A stretch of DNA of 61,726 nucleotides, counting the filler, from Asterionella formosa (Eukaryota): the NCBI GenBank assembly GCA_002256025.1. It is 18 parts of 18 records of this genome, joined end to end, with 100 filler letters (N's around TTAATTAATTAA, not from the genome) between each part and the next. Parts side by side here need not be neighbours in the genome. Positions count along the whole stretch, not along the records: positions 10,331 to 13,671 come from NKIB01014225.1; positions 13,772 to 17,112 come from NKIB01014226.1; positions 17,213 to 20,552 come from NKIB01014227.1; positions 20,653 to 23,991 come from NKIB01014228.1; 14 more parts are not named here. One strand, given 5' to 3'. The stretch's first letter is position 1. The number at the start of each line of letters is the position of its first letter. Made by a program: the position numbers and the translations under genes. The notes below the pieces were generated by a model. It had not been told where the DNA came from. It saw only the letters and a list, made by a program, of their open reading frames with translations, and did not search any database. This document shows, in pieces, positions 11,182-22,750 of the stretch.

Positions 11182-12915
11182 ATAGGATAATATAGCATAG
11201 TTGGGATGAATGGATTGATGTATTTTTGATGGGGCTGTAGAATGAACAACACATTACAGCTAAGCAATTAAGATTGTTCTACATTGAAAGTTTACTGAAC
11301 TATTTGCAAATGATGGTGGCAATTATTTGCAAGAATTAAAAAACCAAAATATGAATGCATTATGCCAGTATATATATTTATGTTTTATGGATAAAAAGTA
11401 TTAAAAATATTGTCTCTCGTGATTGCTACAGACGATTGCTGGGGGTTTTGGATTGGGAGGTTTCCCCCTGATCTCAATCCTGAGCGAGTGCCAAGATTCC
11501 TTATTCCAGAAATCTCCTCGTTTACATGGGCCTGCATTTCATTCTAGCTATGAATGTACAGAAGTGAAAATTGCTGGCGGTATGTACTAATGCATCATTT
11601 GAACATACTGGTACACAACATCTATGTTCTATATACACAAATATTTATATATCATAGTATGTACAATGATTCAAACATGAGAAATTTTCCATTACTAGCT
11701 TTAAACAGACCATGATAAAAAAATGATTTTTAATTTTGTACAACTACTAAACACTTTTATTAGTTTCTTAGATAGAAGAGAAGTATCACCAGCATTTAGA
11801 GGAAGTGTTGGCATAGCTTTGATATTCATGCAAAATAGCTAAAATTGAAAATCGGCAGAAGCAAAATAAATGTTTCTCAACCAGACCTATATATCTACCA
11901 CTTCCTACCTGATTCTTCTTCTCCTTCTATTCTTCAGACTCATTTTTCTTGCATATCACTACATGATCAGCAAGTTGTGCGTATTTTGACTTGCTATGAC
12001 CCCAATACCACTGGTATGCTCATTTTCTGTTAAATAAGCTATACCATGCAGGTACCTCCACAGAGATCAACAAGATATCAACCATATTTTTTTTTGTTCT
12101 ACTACTCAATGGACATTCCTTCATTATACTCCTGACCTCCTGGCCCTCTTCCTATACTGGTCATCTGTGTACTAGAAGCTTGCTTCTGGCCTTTCCTCAC
12201 TTTACTCATTTTGCCAACTAGAATTCAAGTCACATAATTGAAAATATCAGTTTTGCCACCCAAATTTACATCCATTCCTTTCCTTTTAACTTCACTCACT
12301 ACATTCAATACTGCTTTCCAGCCACTTGATTTCTACAATCTACTAGCTTGCTAATCTACCACCTTGGATCCTTATACAAGCCACCACCTCCTATCTGAGT
12401 CTTCTATTTTGCATCCTCAGACTCCATTTTCTTGTTTATCACTACATACATCATCAAGTGGTATTTTGACTACCGGTATATTGTTGCATTACCAGGACCA
12501 GTACCAGGTACCAGTTACCGGTAGTTCACTAGGATGCATACTGTAGGAAATATTCCCAGACTACCGGGACTCAGTGTCAGCCCAGGAAATCTTGCCTGTT
12601 ATACAAGCAGCTTGTGCCACCTTACTACCGGTAGTAAATCGGGGGAGGAGATACAACAAGGGATCTCATGCCATCACAAAACTATTTAGGTGATGATGGA
12701 ACCTGGTGGTATTACCCAGTACCAGGGGTACCCAGAACCTGGTACCCCAGTCTATAGTACAAGTAGATTGTGCTAGCTTTGTCGAGGAAGATGCTATGAT
12801 AAATAAATTACCAGGTACCAGGTACCAGGTAACAGGTACCTGGTACCTGTGTGTTCATAGCAATGACTTTTATATGTAGCCATCAGCCTACGTACAACGC
12901 ACAGCACACAAGAAT

Positions 12916-13195
12916 ATCGCGAGTTTTTTTTGTCGAAGGTAAGGTTAGCTGCCAGTGCACTACATAACTACAACTATTTGTAACCCTGGTACACAGTCTA
13001 CCCGGTATCATACAGCAAGAATAAATCGCGAGTTTTCTTGTCGAAGGTAAGGTTGTTAGCTACCAGCGCACTACCAGTGTATTCCGGTAGCTACGACTAT
13101 ATGTACACTGGTACCTGGTACCCAGTCTACACGGTATACACCATGTAAACATCGCGAGCTTTGTTGGCGAACAAGGTGCTAGGTAACCAGCACCT
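12916..13195. repeat. Degenerate tandem repeat, about 3 units of 110-125 nt
   Basis: ATCGCGAG(T)nGTCGAAGGTAAGGTT..AGCT.CCAG.GCAC recurs at about 12916, 13025 and 13151. Confidence 0.7.
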
Positions 13196-13771
13196 GCAAG
13201 TTGCGATCATTTTGCTTAAACTAACATTTTAATCTTGGATAAAGATAGCTAAATCTTTATTTTCAGCAAAATTACCGCAAATTGATGGTACCTGGTACCA
13301 GTGCACCACTGGAAGATACCGGTATATGGTGGCCATTTATGGTTGCGCTGAGGAGAGTTGCTTATTTTTCGGGTGTACCAACCAGGTACCGGTATGTTCG
13401 TAATGCAGCGCTGCATAATGAATCATTCAGCACACAATCCAACAGCAGTTGAAATCCAGAATAAAATAAAAAGCTATTTATTTGTTTATTTATTTAGGGC
13501 AAGATATATGTTGTACTATTTACAAGGTAAGAGTCCTTGTTACTGGGACCAGATACGAGGGATTATGGTAGTTAAAATAATATCATGTATCTGTACAAAA
13601 TCACCTACATTCGAATTTTTATTAAGTAGACTCTACATCCAACATAGTACTATTTAATTTACCCGGTACCANNNNNNNNNNNNNNNNNNNNNNNNNNNNN
13701 NNNNNNNNNNNNNNNTTAATTAATTAANNNNNNNNNNNNNNNNNNNNNNNNNNNNNNNNNNNNNNNNNNNN

Positions 13772-14053
13772 AAGTAACCTTTTTTACGTCAAGAGTGGCA
13801 TTAATGCATGTGAAGTACCACATAATTAACACTCGTACGTAGACGAAATTTCGAAAAGTCAAATGAATTATTTGAAACATCAACTAATTCAGTCTCGCTT
13901 TCAAAATTCATTGTGAAAACTTCACATGAAACCGTTAAAAGTAATCTTTTTTACGTGAAGAGTGGCATTAATGCATGTGAAGTACCACATAATTAACACT
14001 CATACGTAGACGAAATTTCGAAAAGTGGCGTATTTCGCGTCTTAGATGTAGGG
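13772..14053 (-). mobile_element. End of an unclassified repeat element, with an 88-nt direct repeat
   Basis: 13772-13859 is repeated at about 13939-14026. The reverse-complement terminus CATCTAAGACGC....TACG.CACTTTT.CGAA is homologous to 34097-34150. Confidence 0.55.
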
Positions 14054-14764
14054 CACTTGACTTGTGCACAACTCCACGGCTGCTCAAATCAATGTTTTGA
14101 AAACAATGAGGCTTCTTGGATTTCCCATTTATGAGCAACTACAACTTTTCCTCAGCTGCACTGCATATCAAAGCAACTGTAACTCGATCCTTTGCCAATT
14201 TTCCTCCTTCGCATGATTTCGATACTTGATCTTGACCGTTGAATTGGGGAGAGCATGATTAAATTATCCAGTCTCATCAATGTTTAAAATGTCCCCATCA
14301 CAGAAACTAGCGAAGAAAGCTTTCCATTCTTCAGCCTCATCAATGTCTACATTCCCCGACTCTCCACAAATAGCATAGGATTTGACATTCTGTCTTTTCT
14401 TTCATTTTTCAAGCCAGCCATTAGATGCCTTAAAATTATGATCTGCTTCGAATACGTTGGCAATCGATAACGCTTTGCTTTGTAGGATGGGTCCACTAAT
14501 TGGATATCCATTTGCGCGAGCAGTACGAAACCATCTGCACAATACTGTCTTCATTTCTGTACCGCTATTAAGGCAAGCCATTTTCATTGATCGCATCGAT
14601 TCTCCTTCCATCAGTAAGTCCTCCTTCTTTTTCTATGCTTTTTGAACAGTTTCAATTCTTATCGCAAGTTTAAAAGCAACTTCTCCAACAATATTCCCTT
14701 CACCAAAAAGCTGCATTGCTGCTATTTTTGTATCAATGGAAACACTTTTACGATTCAACTTCAT
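14054..14764 (-). pseudogene. Degenerate pogo/Tigger-type transposase (CENP-B-like HTH plus start of the DDE_1 domain)
   Basis: MKLNRKSVSIDTKI..., WFRTARANGYPISGPILQSKAL, FKASNGWLEK*KKR, ICGESG, ILNIDETG*F, GGKLAKDRVTV, GKSKKPHCF. Several stops and a frameshift. Confidence 0.88.
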
Positions 14765-16499
14765 TTCCGACTTGCACTTCACAATAGTTCCTTTCAGTTC
14801 CCAATTGCGATGATTTCTGAATCTTGGAGATTGAAATGATTAAAAGAATGGAAGCAAATGGACGAGAAAAGATCAAGGTTCGTTTCAGTAAAGTATAAAA
14901 CTAAAAATTATTATAAAAAGTGTCATTAACATGTAATCTCACAAGTGATAGTACCACCAGATCATCGCTAAGCAAGATGATGTGGTACATATACTACTGA
15001 CACTTCTATTACATGCGTACTCATATAATAGTACTGAAGATTGTTAGTCCACAGCCATGATTAGAGGTGCTCAAAGCATGCAAAACAGCGTAGGTAAAAA
15101 CTACTGGCTCAAACTGAGGAGTGCAGACTGTGCGGCGCTCGTTTTTATCTTATACAGAGGTCAGAATAACCAATTTTTTAGAAAAAGTGTGTATCCAACA
15201 AGTGTATATAATGGAGGATGTGTCTTATTGAGAAAGTCCTTCCTTACAAGGATCTCCAAATTGTGTCGAGGGTGTATCTTATTACATTTATTATATATAG
15301 GAGGGAAACAATGCAGTAATCAATTTCGCATTCTTTACCACAACTTCGCTGTTCTTGTGATACCTTGGTAACTGGTATAATTTCTTTGATGTGTTTATCA
15401 ACCGGTACTACAGGTACCAGCCAGGGTGATTTCCCGAGTTCTTGCAAGTTGCGGTATGTCTTTGTGCTGGCAATAGCTAGTGATTCCAAAAATGTCAAAT
15501 AAATCTTTAAGTACATAAAAGCTATCAAATTATTGCACTCAGGCCCAAATAATTGGACACAATTAGTTCCTGTTTTATTTGTCCATATGGTACAATGGGT
15601 CCTGTCTTTCTGTCTGTTAGCAGTAGACCTTGGAACTGTAGGGACCACATGAAAAAAGCAGGTAAAGAATGCAGGAATCAAACCATCCACCTTGGAAGGT
15701 GTGCTCACCAACTAAGCCATTCCCCCAATAGCAAGTGGTGATTACATGTGAAAAATGTGTTTTTATTACTTACATAGCATTCCGTTTCTGTAATTAAATT
15801 ATTGGCATTTAAATAATTTTATCGAAACCAATGCATTGATACATTGCTTTTAACATATCCATATCGCCAAATGCTGTTTTACATCAGCCAGACACTCAAA
15901 TATTTGAGGGAAAGCAAATAAAGCATCATGTCACTAGTATGATAATTATTTTATACCTTGAATCACAGTCTCACTATCATAGTCACCATATACCTTGAAT
16001 CACAGTCATTCCATATTCTTTCTAGAGTTGTTACATTTACATGGACCATCCTGCCAGATATATAGTGGTTCCAATCATCAAAATGAGCATACCATCGTTT
16101 TTTCCCTTCCCATCATTGTGACTTCCACAATTTCACAATCCATAAGCAAATGCAAGGTGCTGTTTGTTCTAGCTACTGTCACATCCTGCTTTGTATGTAT
16201 GTTGAGAATAGGTGGCTGGACAAAAACTGGTTCCTCATGCATCTGCACTTTGCTCAAGATAACCAATAGCGAAAATCGAAAAAGGCCAAAGGACGTTTTC
16301 TCGAAATGTAGTTACCAATTTGCTTTACTATTTCTCTCTATATTGTACACATGGATCTGTAACTAATGCATGGCGCACATCATGGCAATTGAGCCGCCGG
16401 AGAAATTTTACTACCGTATGTATGTAACAGCGAATTGAGGCAATTGTTTTCGCCCAGAGAGAGGAGTACCTGGTACCTGGTACGGAGTACGAGGGACTA

Positions 16500-17112
16500 C
16501 CACTTAAAAACTGTAAGCCACCGCTATTTTACTCTATCTTTCGACTAAAAATATTTATGTAATTCAACGATCAAAACTTGACGCAAGTACAAAGCTTATG
16601 TTAGACAATGCTCTCTGCTATACTATTAAGGAATCAGTTTTGATTCAGTGTATCTAGCCATGAAGAAATAATTTTTCCAAAGTCACTAAGATTATTGCAT
16701 AGCGGTGGCTTACAGTGCATATTTTTCTATCTGTACATGGATATATTTTACCCCCAAACCGTGTTTATTTTTACTCCGTTAATACTACAAAAATTATTTT
16801 CTTATTACTTTACGTTTTACACTTTTGCAGGGGCAGCATCATCGTTGGAGAATTCTTCTGATGCATTACATTAATCTCGAGCTTCTTTGCATCTACTTAC
16901 TTGCTTGCGGAGTCTCAAACTTCATCACGGAATGGTGGATCGGCAGTAGCAGTTGTAGAAGGAAAGGGAATAGCAACAGGAGGAGGTGCAGTAACAACAA
17001 CCACAGCAATAGGAGGTGCATGGAGAGGGAATGGCGGCTGCTGGTCACCACGGTGATTGGTATCGTCGAATCTTGTAATCAGAGCTTGCCTTGTTTGTGG
17101 AACCGGCAAATC
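16500..17112 (-). mobile_element. 3' end of a TA-flanked DNA transposon (terminus CCACTTAAAAACTG) with a degenerate ORF C-terminus
   Basis: TA at 16498-99. The terminal ~120 nt align with the reverse complement of 52330-52445. The peptide PVPQTRQALITRFDDTNHRGDQQ is homologous to the one at 51562. An 18-nt inverted repeat lies at 16510-16527/16699-16716. Confidence 0.7.
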
Positions 17113-17511
17113 NNNNNNNNNNNNNNNNNNNNNNNNNNNNNNNNNNNNNNNNNNNNTTAATTAATTAANNNNNNNNNNNNNNNNNNNNNNNNNNNNNNNN
17201 NNNNNNNNNNNNTCCTTCCACCTGTCCGTACTGCCCACGACTTCATTTCATTATAGTAAGTACCAGTACCTGGTACGAGGTAGTACTATGTAGAGTGTAG
17301 GAGGAATGCTACAGGGACTGGTATAGTAGAAACAGTGCATACTATCCCACAGTTTACCAGAACCCTAACCCTAACGCTAAGGAGTACCACACACCACATC
17401 AGTTACCGTATCTGCGCCTCAATTATCCTCAGCCTGCCAACAACAGAACAGATCGATTGCTGGTGTAAATTACGACAACCTACACTACTCATTACTGAAT
17501 TGTTAATAAGG

Positions 17512-18595
17512 ATGATGAAGCTTGTATCCTTGTTGGTCGTTGTCGGCGTCTTCACCAGTACGGTGGGTGCTTATGGTAAGTAGCAGCTCACTACTAAACT
17601 GAACATTCCTTGCTATTCTGTTGTCACAAACCGGACTTGCAGTGAATAGTTGACAAGTTGAAGCCACGCTCGTCGTTGTGGCTCAGGTGGATACCAAATG
17701 TGACAATCGCGCTGCTGCTCTGTGACACTCACCACTCTGTCTGCTGCCAGCACCATCCTTTGTTCCTCGACTTTCTGGCGCTGCCAGCATCACCTCCCTG
17801 CCCAAGAACGTGCGAGACTTGAACAGTATCTACTCCAATACGAATGCCAGGCGCAACAACGATATCAAAATGATGCCCATTGGTGTCCCCAAGGTTGCTT
17901 ACCGTGTTCCGGGATCTCAAAGTGCGGATTGGTGAGCGTCGTGGGAAGGTCGCGCTGTAGCAGTTTTATATTACCTCTTGTTGCTGTTTTTATTGTTGGT
18001 CTCGTCGAAAACCATTGGACTCACTCACATATCTTATATCAGGGTCGACATTTACAACCGCCTCTACCGTGAACGCATCATCTTCTTGGGATCAGAAATT
18101 GATGACGAACTTGCCAATCAAATCATTGGGGTCATGTTGTATTTGGACTCGGAAGACTCCTCCAAACCCATTTATTTGTACATCAATTGCCCTGGAGGGT
18201 CCGTCATTTCAGGACTTGCCATTTACGACGCCATGCAGCATATTAGGTCTGAAGTTATTACTATTAATTTAGGCCTCGCCGCATCCATGGCATCCTTTAT
18301 TTTGGCAGCAGGGTCCAAAGGCAAACGTTTGGCATTGCCCAGTTCAAGAATCATGATCCATCAGCCCATGGGTGGAGCACAGGGGCAAGCAGAAGATATT
18401 AAAGTCGAGGCGGCACAAATTATGCGCATTCGGGATAATATTTGTAAAATGTACTCCATGATGACAGGACAAACGACAGAGCAAATTACCAAAGATTTGG
18501 ATCGGGACAACTTTTTGAGTGCAGCTGAAGGAGTGGAATATGGATTGATTGATCGAGTGTTGGAGTATAACAAGGACAATGATACTCAGCTTTAA
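17512..18595 (+). CDS. clpP: Plastid-targeted ATP-dependent Clp protease proteolytic subunit, 3 exons (17512-17575, 17751-17931, 18043-18595)
   Basis: Spliced product [25 protein letters not shown]...[36 protein letters not shown]. Catalytic S (AASMASF), H (IMIHQP) and D (DRDNF) are present. Both introns are GT-AG and keep frame; GAYAP is an ASAFAP-type motif. Confidence 0.93.
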
Positions 18596-19267
18596 AATTG
18601 GAAAGATATAGTAACAAGAAGGGTATTTAAATTCACATCGATTTACCTAGAAATTTTCTTGCAATCCACCCTCTCAGTATGTACTGACAACCACAACAAC
18701 ACTGTAAATAGCTAACAAGGAACTTAGGAGCGAATGGTGAACCCTCATTTTAGATCACATGCATTAGACTCTCGTGTTTTGTTTGAACACTCTAAAAGTG
18801 TACGTATATATATATATATACGGCATCTCCCCTATGCAAGTATAGACGATGTAATATCAGTATGGATTCCTTTCCACTAACCTTTTCGTGAAAAAAGATT
18901 CGATGCTACAATTATTTAATGGATCCAAAGGCCAGCCATCTCTAGAGAAAGAATGGGATGTTTCATTTAAGTTTAGCTTCATTCTTGGTATCTAAGATAC
19001 ACACACACACACACACAGAAACATACCTCATCATCGTTGACAATGATTGCCAAAAAAGTTATTTTTCGATTCCGTTGAAAACAACCTATACTTATCCAAA
19101 TATAAAATTTCATTCAGCATAATTACATTACATCCCGACAAATTGTTGCGCCACAAAGAAATGTATATCTTCACTTATGCTGTAACATACACACACATAT
19201 GCAATCTGTCTCGCTGATTATGAATCGTTGTGACAAACCATCAACAGCATCCATTATAGTGTCAATA

Positions 19268-19830
19268 CTAATGAAAAAATGGAGGTTGCTGTTTTTGCAA
19301 GAATAATTTTGGACGTTGACAACTCAAGGAACAAAGAGCCGTCGTATCGGATCCACAATATTCACAACGAATTGGAACCACATAGGCAGATCCTGATGGA
19401 ATAAATCCCAACGACTTATAGTCAGGAGATGGATTATCATGATGGTCTTCCACAATGACATCTAAAAAGGACAATTTCTGCCGAAAAGGCTAACAATAAG
19501 CATAAACAGTAAATAAATAATGTTAATAACAATTCCAAGTGTGTTCGAGCATACCTAGCGTATAGGAAGAAATGACATGCTCACGAGTTCAACTCTTGGT
19601 AGACTAGTACTACGTACCATTAGGAATCCATCCATTTCTTCCGTCGGCATCATTCGGCATGGTTGGTCTACGACATTGTAAATTGTTTCCAAAGCTTCAC
19701 GTTGCATGTCTTCCATTTTTTGCAGATAGGCGGAAAGAGGCGACTTGCCAGGCGACGCTTGATTAAGGGCTGACTTGGTTGCAATGTCAGCTTCGGATGA
19801 TGCTGCTGTGTCGGCAGCTTCCATGTCCAT
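19268..19830 (-). CDS. Small hypothetical protein with a C-terminal Cys cluster, 2 exons (intron 19478-19617)
   Basis: A GTACGT donor and GGCAG acceptor join ...GFLM to KLSFLDV... in phase 0. C-terminus RCEYCGSDTTALCSLSCQRPKLFLQK. Confidence 0.55.
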
Positions 19831-20652
19831 ATTGTAACTGAATGATGGTGCTTAAATAGTAAATAGTATTAAAACTGATACTGATGGAATAGATGACCAC
19901 TATCACAACCGTTCTTTAGTCATCGGGATGTAGAGGTTGGGTGTGCGCTGTTGTGCGGTTGATGGATTCTCGGCTCCGAGATGTTACCAGATTTACCAGA
20001 TCGCAATTACCGGTATGTCATTGCTGAATAATTAGTACATGTGCAAAATGTACATAAATAATATTTCACTCAACGGATGGAAAATATGCCCCGATATACC
20101 CCGGTATCATACTGTGGAACGTCGTGTAGTAGGCCAGCAATGGTTATTATATACCAGTATATAAGGAATATCCAAAGTTCTTTCTTTTATGTTCATAATT
20201 GACAAGTAATGAACCTCCCATTTTGGGGGTGATAAGAGAAAGTCGAGTGGGAGAGTTGCAGAGTCTGAGGCTACTTATGAATTTATGAAACCACTCATGA
20301 ATAAATCTGATGAAGAAGGAGGAATCCTTGTTTCTTGTCCTTCAATTGTAGGTTGGGTTTTTCTTGAGAGTCACCAGCAACAAATACCATGAAACCAATA
20401 ATGATATAGGGGCTTTTATTTAATCTCCCACCTGAGCAGATAGGGGACCCTTGTCTTGCAATTTTTTGTCAACATGATTTTTCTTCATCTTTTTGCATGC
20501 CTCGAACTTTGTTCCTTGAATAAATAACATTGATGGCCAATGTGGATATCATNNNNNNNNNNNNNNNNNNNNNNNNNNNNNNNNNNNNNNNNNNNNTTAA
20601 TTAATTAANNNNNNNNNNNNNNNNNNNNNNNNNNNNNNNNNNNNNNNNNNNN

Positions 20653-22424
20653 AATATGATCAAGGTATCTTGTATCTATGATGATTTATTAATATGTTAC
20701 CAACCTTGAAGTATAATGATAATAGGAGCATTATCATCACACAATGTATATAAACTGATCAACAACATTTCTCGTCAATATCATAAACCTTCTCATATTA
20801 TTATCACTTCTCGTGATCGCCCGATGTAAATTATAACTACAATGCATCCTAACATCAGCTAATTTATATGCTATCATTTGAATTGTTTCATTGTATATCT
20901 ATCTTAAACATGATCATATTTCTAATTACAAGGATTGTTAAAAAAGGATTGGAACAGATCTTAATTTAATTGACAAATTTAGCAATGCTATCTATGATTC
21001 TACAGGCCAGCAACCCAACGTTTCTCTCTACTCGGCTCAATGAATATTGATCGTGTCTCGCCCTTTCCTTCCTCTATTCTGAATCTTGCGCCATACAGTG
21101 CTTAATGTCTCGCATTTCTCCCTGCAATTAGTGACACTCTGAACTCACCGACTATTCTGTTGTTTGATTGGTTTTATTGTCCTATGCAGTAACAGTAACA
21201 ATGAGAAGGAATGATTTGTTAGCTAGTCATGTTACATTGACACAACGACACACAATTCCACCGTATCCTCTTGCTTCACTTACCACAAATCAATGCAACT
21301 GATGCATAATTCTGTAATAGTAACTTGGCAGTAAGCCAAATTCTTGAATAAGTAAGTTTCGGGTATCCAATGTTGTCGAATAAAACTTACCGGTTCATTT
21401 TTGTCAGCTTAACTTTGAGAGAAGGTCAACTTTTTGTCAGTTTTGTTCCAACAGAAGTGAATAGGTCCAACGAGCGACAAGAGCACTTACGCAATTTGGT
21501 TTTGTTTTGTTTTACATTGGTGCTCCCCAACAAGCGAAACGAGCTGTTGAAAGAGCATCAACTGAGAAAAAAGGAAATGTGCATTTAATTAACAATTTGT
21601 TGTTGTGCTGCCTGCCTCCCAACGATTGTCATCCAAGTACCACATTGATGGCTTCATTACCTTAATCATTCTCCATCCTTCGAATGCGCAATGTGTCGAA
21701 GCCACAATGTTTTTCGTTATGTATTGCATAAACTTTCTTTGCTTGTCATGTGCTTAACTACAACATATCTTTTCAAGAAGCAGCAGGCATTGCTTGTTAA
21801 CATGACAGAACGATTTCAAAAATATATATGCCATGAATATAGTAAAAAAATTTGTAAATATATATATATATATATATTAAGTGTTATACATTTAAAATAA
21901 AATTCAAAGGCGCTCTCGATATGGAGCATCTGATATGGTTGGGATGATCATACTCGCATATACATAATTCGAAAATACTCAATGCACTATATGTCCATTG
22001 TTTCCCACGACTACGAGTACCGGAATTGTTTCTGAAATTTGTTTGCATCGATATTTTCTACGTCCTTTGAAACTAATTATTTAGACCGTTCAATTGCCGC
22101 AAGGGTTTTGGTAGCAAATTGTTTAAGCCCCTTTTTTTGTTGGGAGCTTTTCATGTGTACCTGTACATCATATGACAATAACAATATATCATATATATAT
22201 ATACAGAGTACCAGTAGCAGGTAGTAAGTGATATACTGGGGGTATTCAGAGTAGTAAACTAGCAACAGAACACCATATGTTCAGGACTGTTGCTACTGCA
22301 GTGGGACAGTAAATCATCATAGGTTTGGGATCGTATGATCGTAAAACCAAAAACCAAAAGAACACCATATGTTCATGACCTTTGCAATTACAGTGAGACA
22401 GTAAATCATCATAGTTTTAGGATC
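20653..22424 (+). repeat. Large non-coding AT-rich interspersed repeat, copy 1
   Basis: Colinear and highly similar to 45922-~47685 over about 1.8 kb. Confidence 0.9.
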
Positions 22425-22750
22425 TGACATGGTTGTCATGAACCGAAAGGAAGCCACATATCTCGCCGCCATGCAGGCATACTTGAAAGGTGAACCGATG
22501 ATGCCAGATGGTGAGTTTGACGTATTGAAGACGGAGCTCAAGGAAACTGGATCGAAGTTTGCAGTCTTAACATCTCCAAAATGCTACATCGACACTGGAA
22601 TTTGCACTGTCACATTGAAAGAAGACCAATTCAGATCAAATCTTCTCTACCTTCCCGCCATTATTATTCTCACAAGTGTTTGGCTTGGTATTGGTTTCGA
22701 ACTCTTGTCGACAGATCAACCCGTTGTTCTTCCTCCTCATTGGCACTCCG
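22420..22750 (+). pseudogene. PGRL1: Internal fragment of a PGRL1-like (PGR5-like 1) gene embedded in repeat DNA
   Basis: GSDMVVMNRKEATYLAAMQAYLKGEPMMPDGEFDVLKTELKETGS...PKC...LLYLPA matches the PGRL1 core. There is no presequence or N-terminus, and a frameshift precedes INPLFFLLIGTP. Confidence 0.75.

Noticed and set aside
16510..16716. Stand-alone MITE with 18-nt TIRs
   Set aside because: No target duplication, and the left repeat lies inside a longer terminus homologous to 52330-52445. Better read as internal binding sites.
17361..17380. Telomeric CCCTAA repeat
   Set aside because: Only two perfect units, internal to the contig; too short to call a telomere or a regulatory site.
21370..22265. 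Short ORFs recurring at 46645-47528
   Set aside because: They recur only because the repeat is duplicated. Frames and stops differ between copies, arguing against coding.
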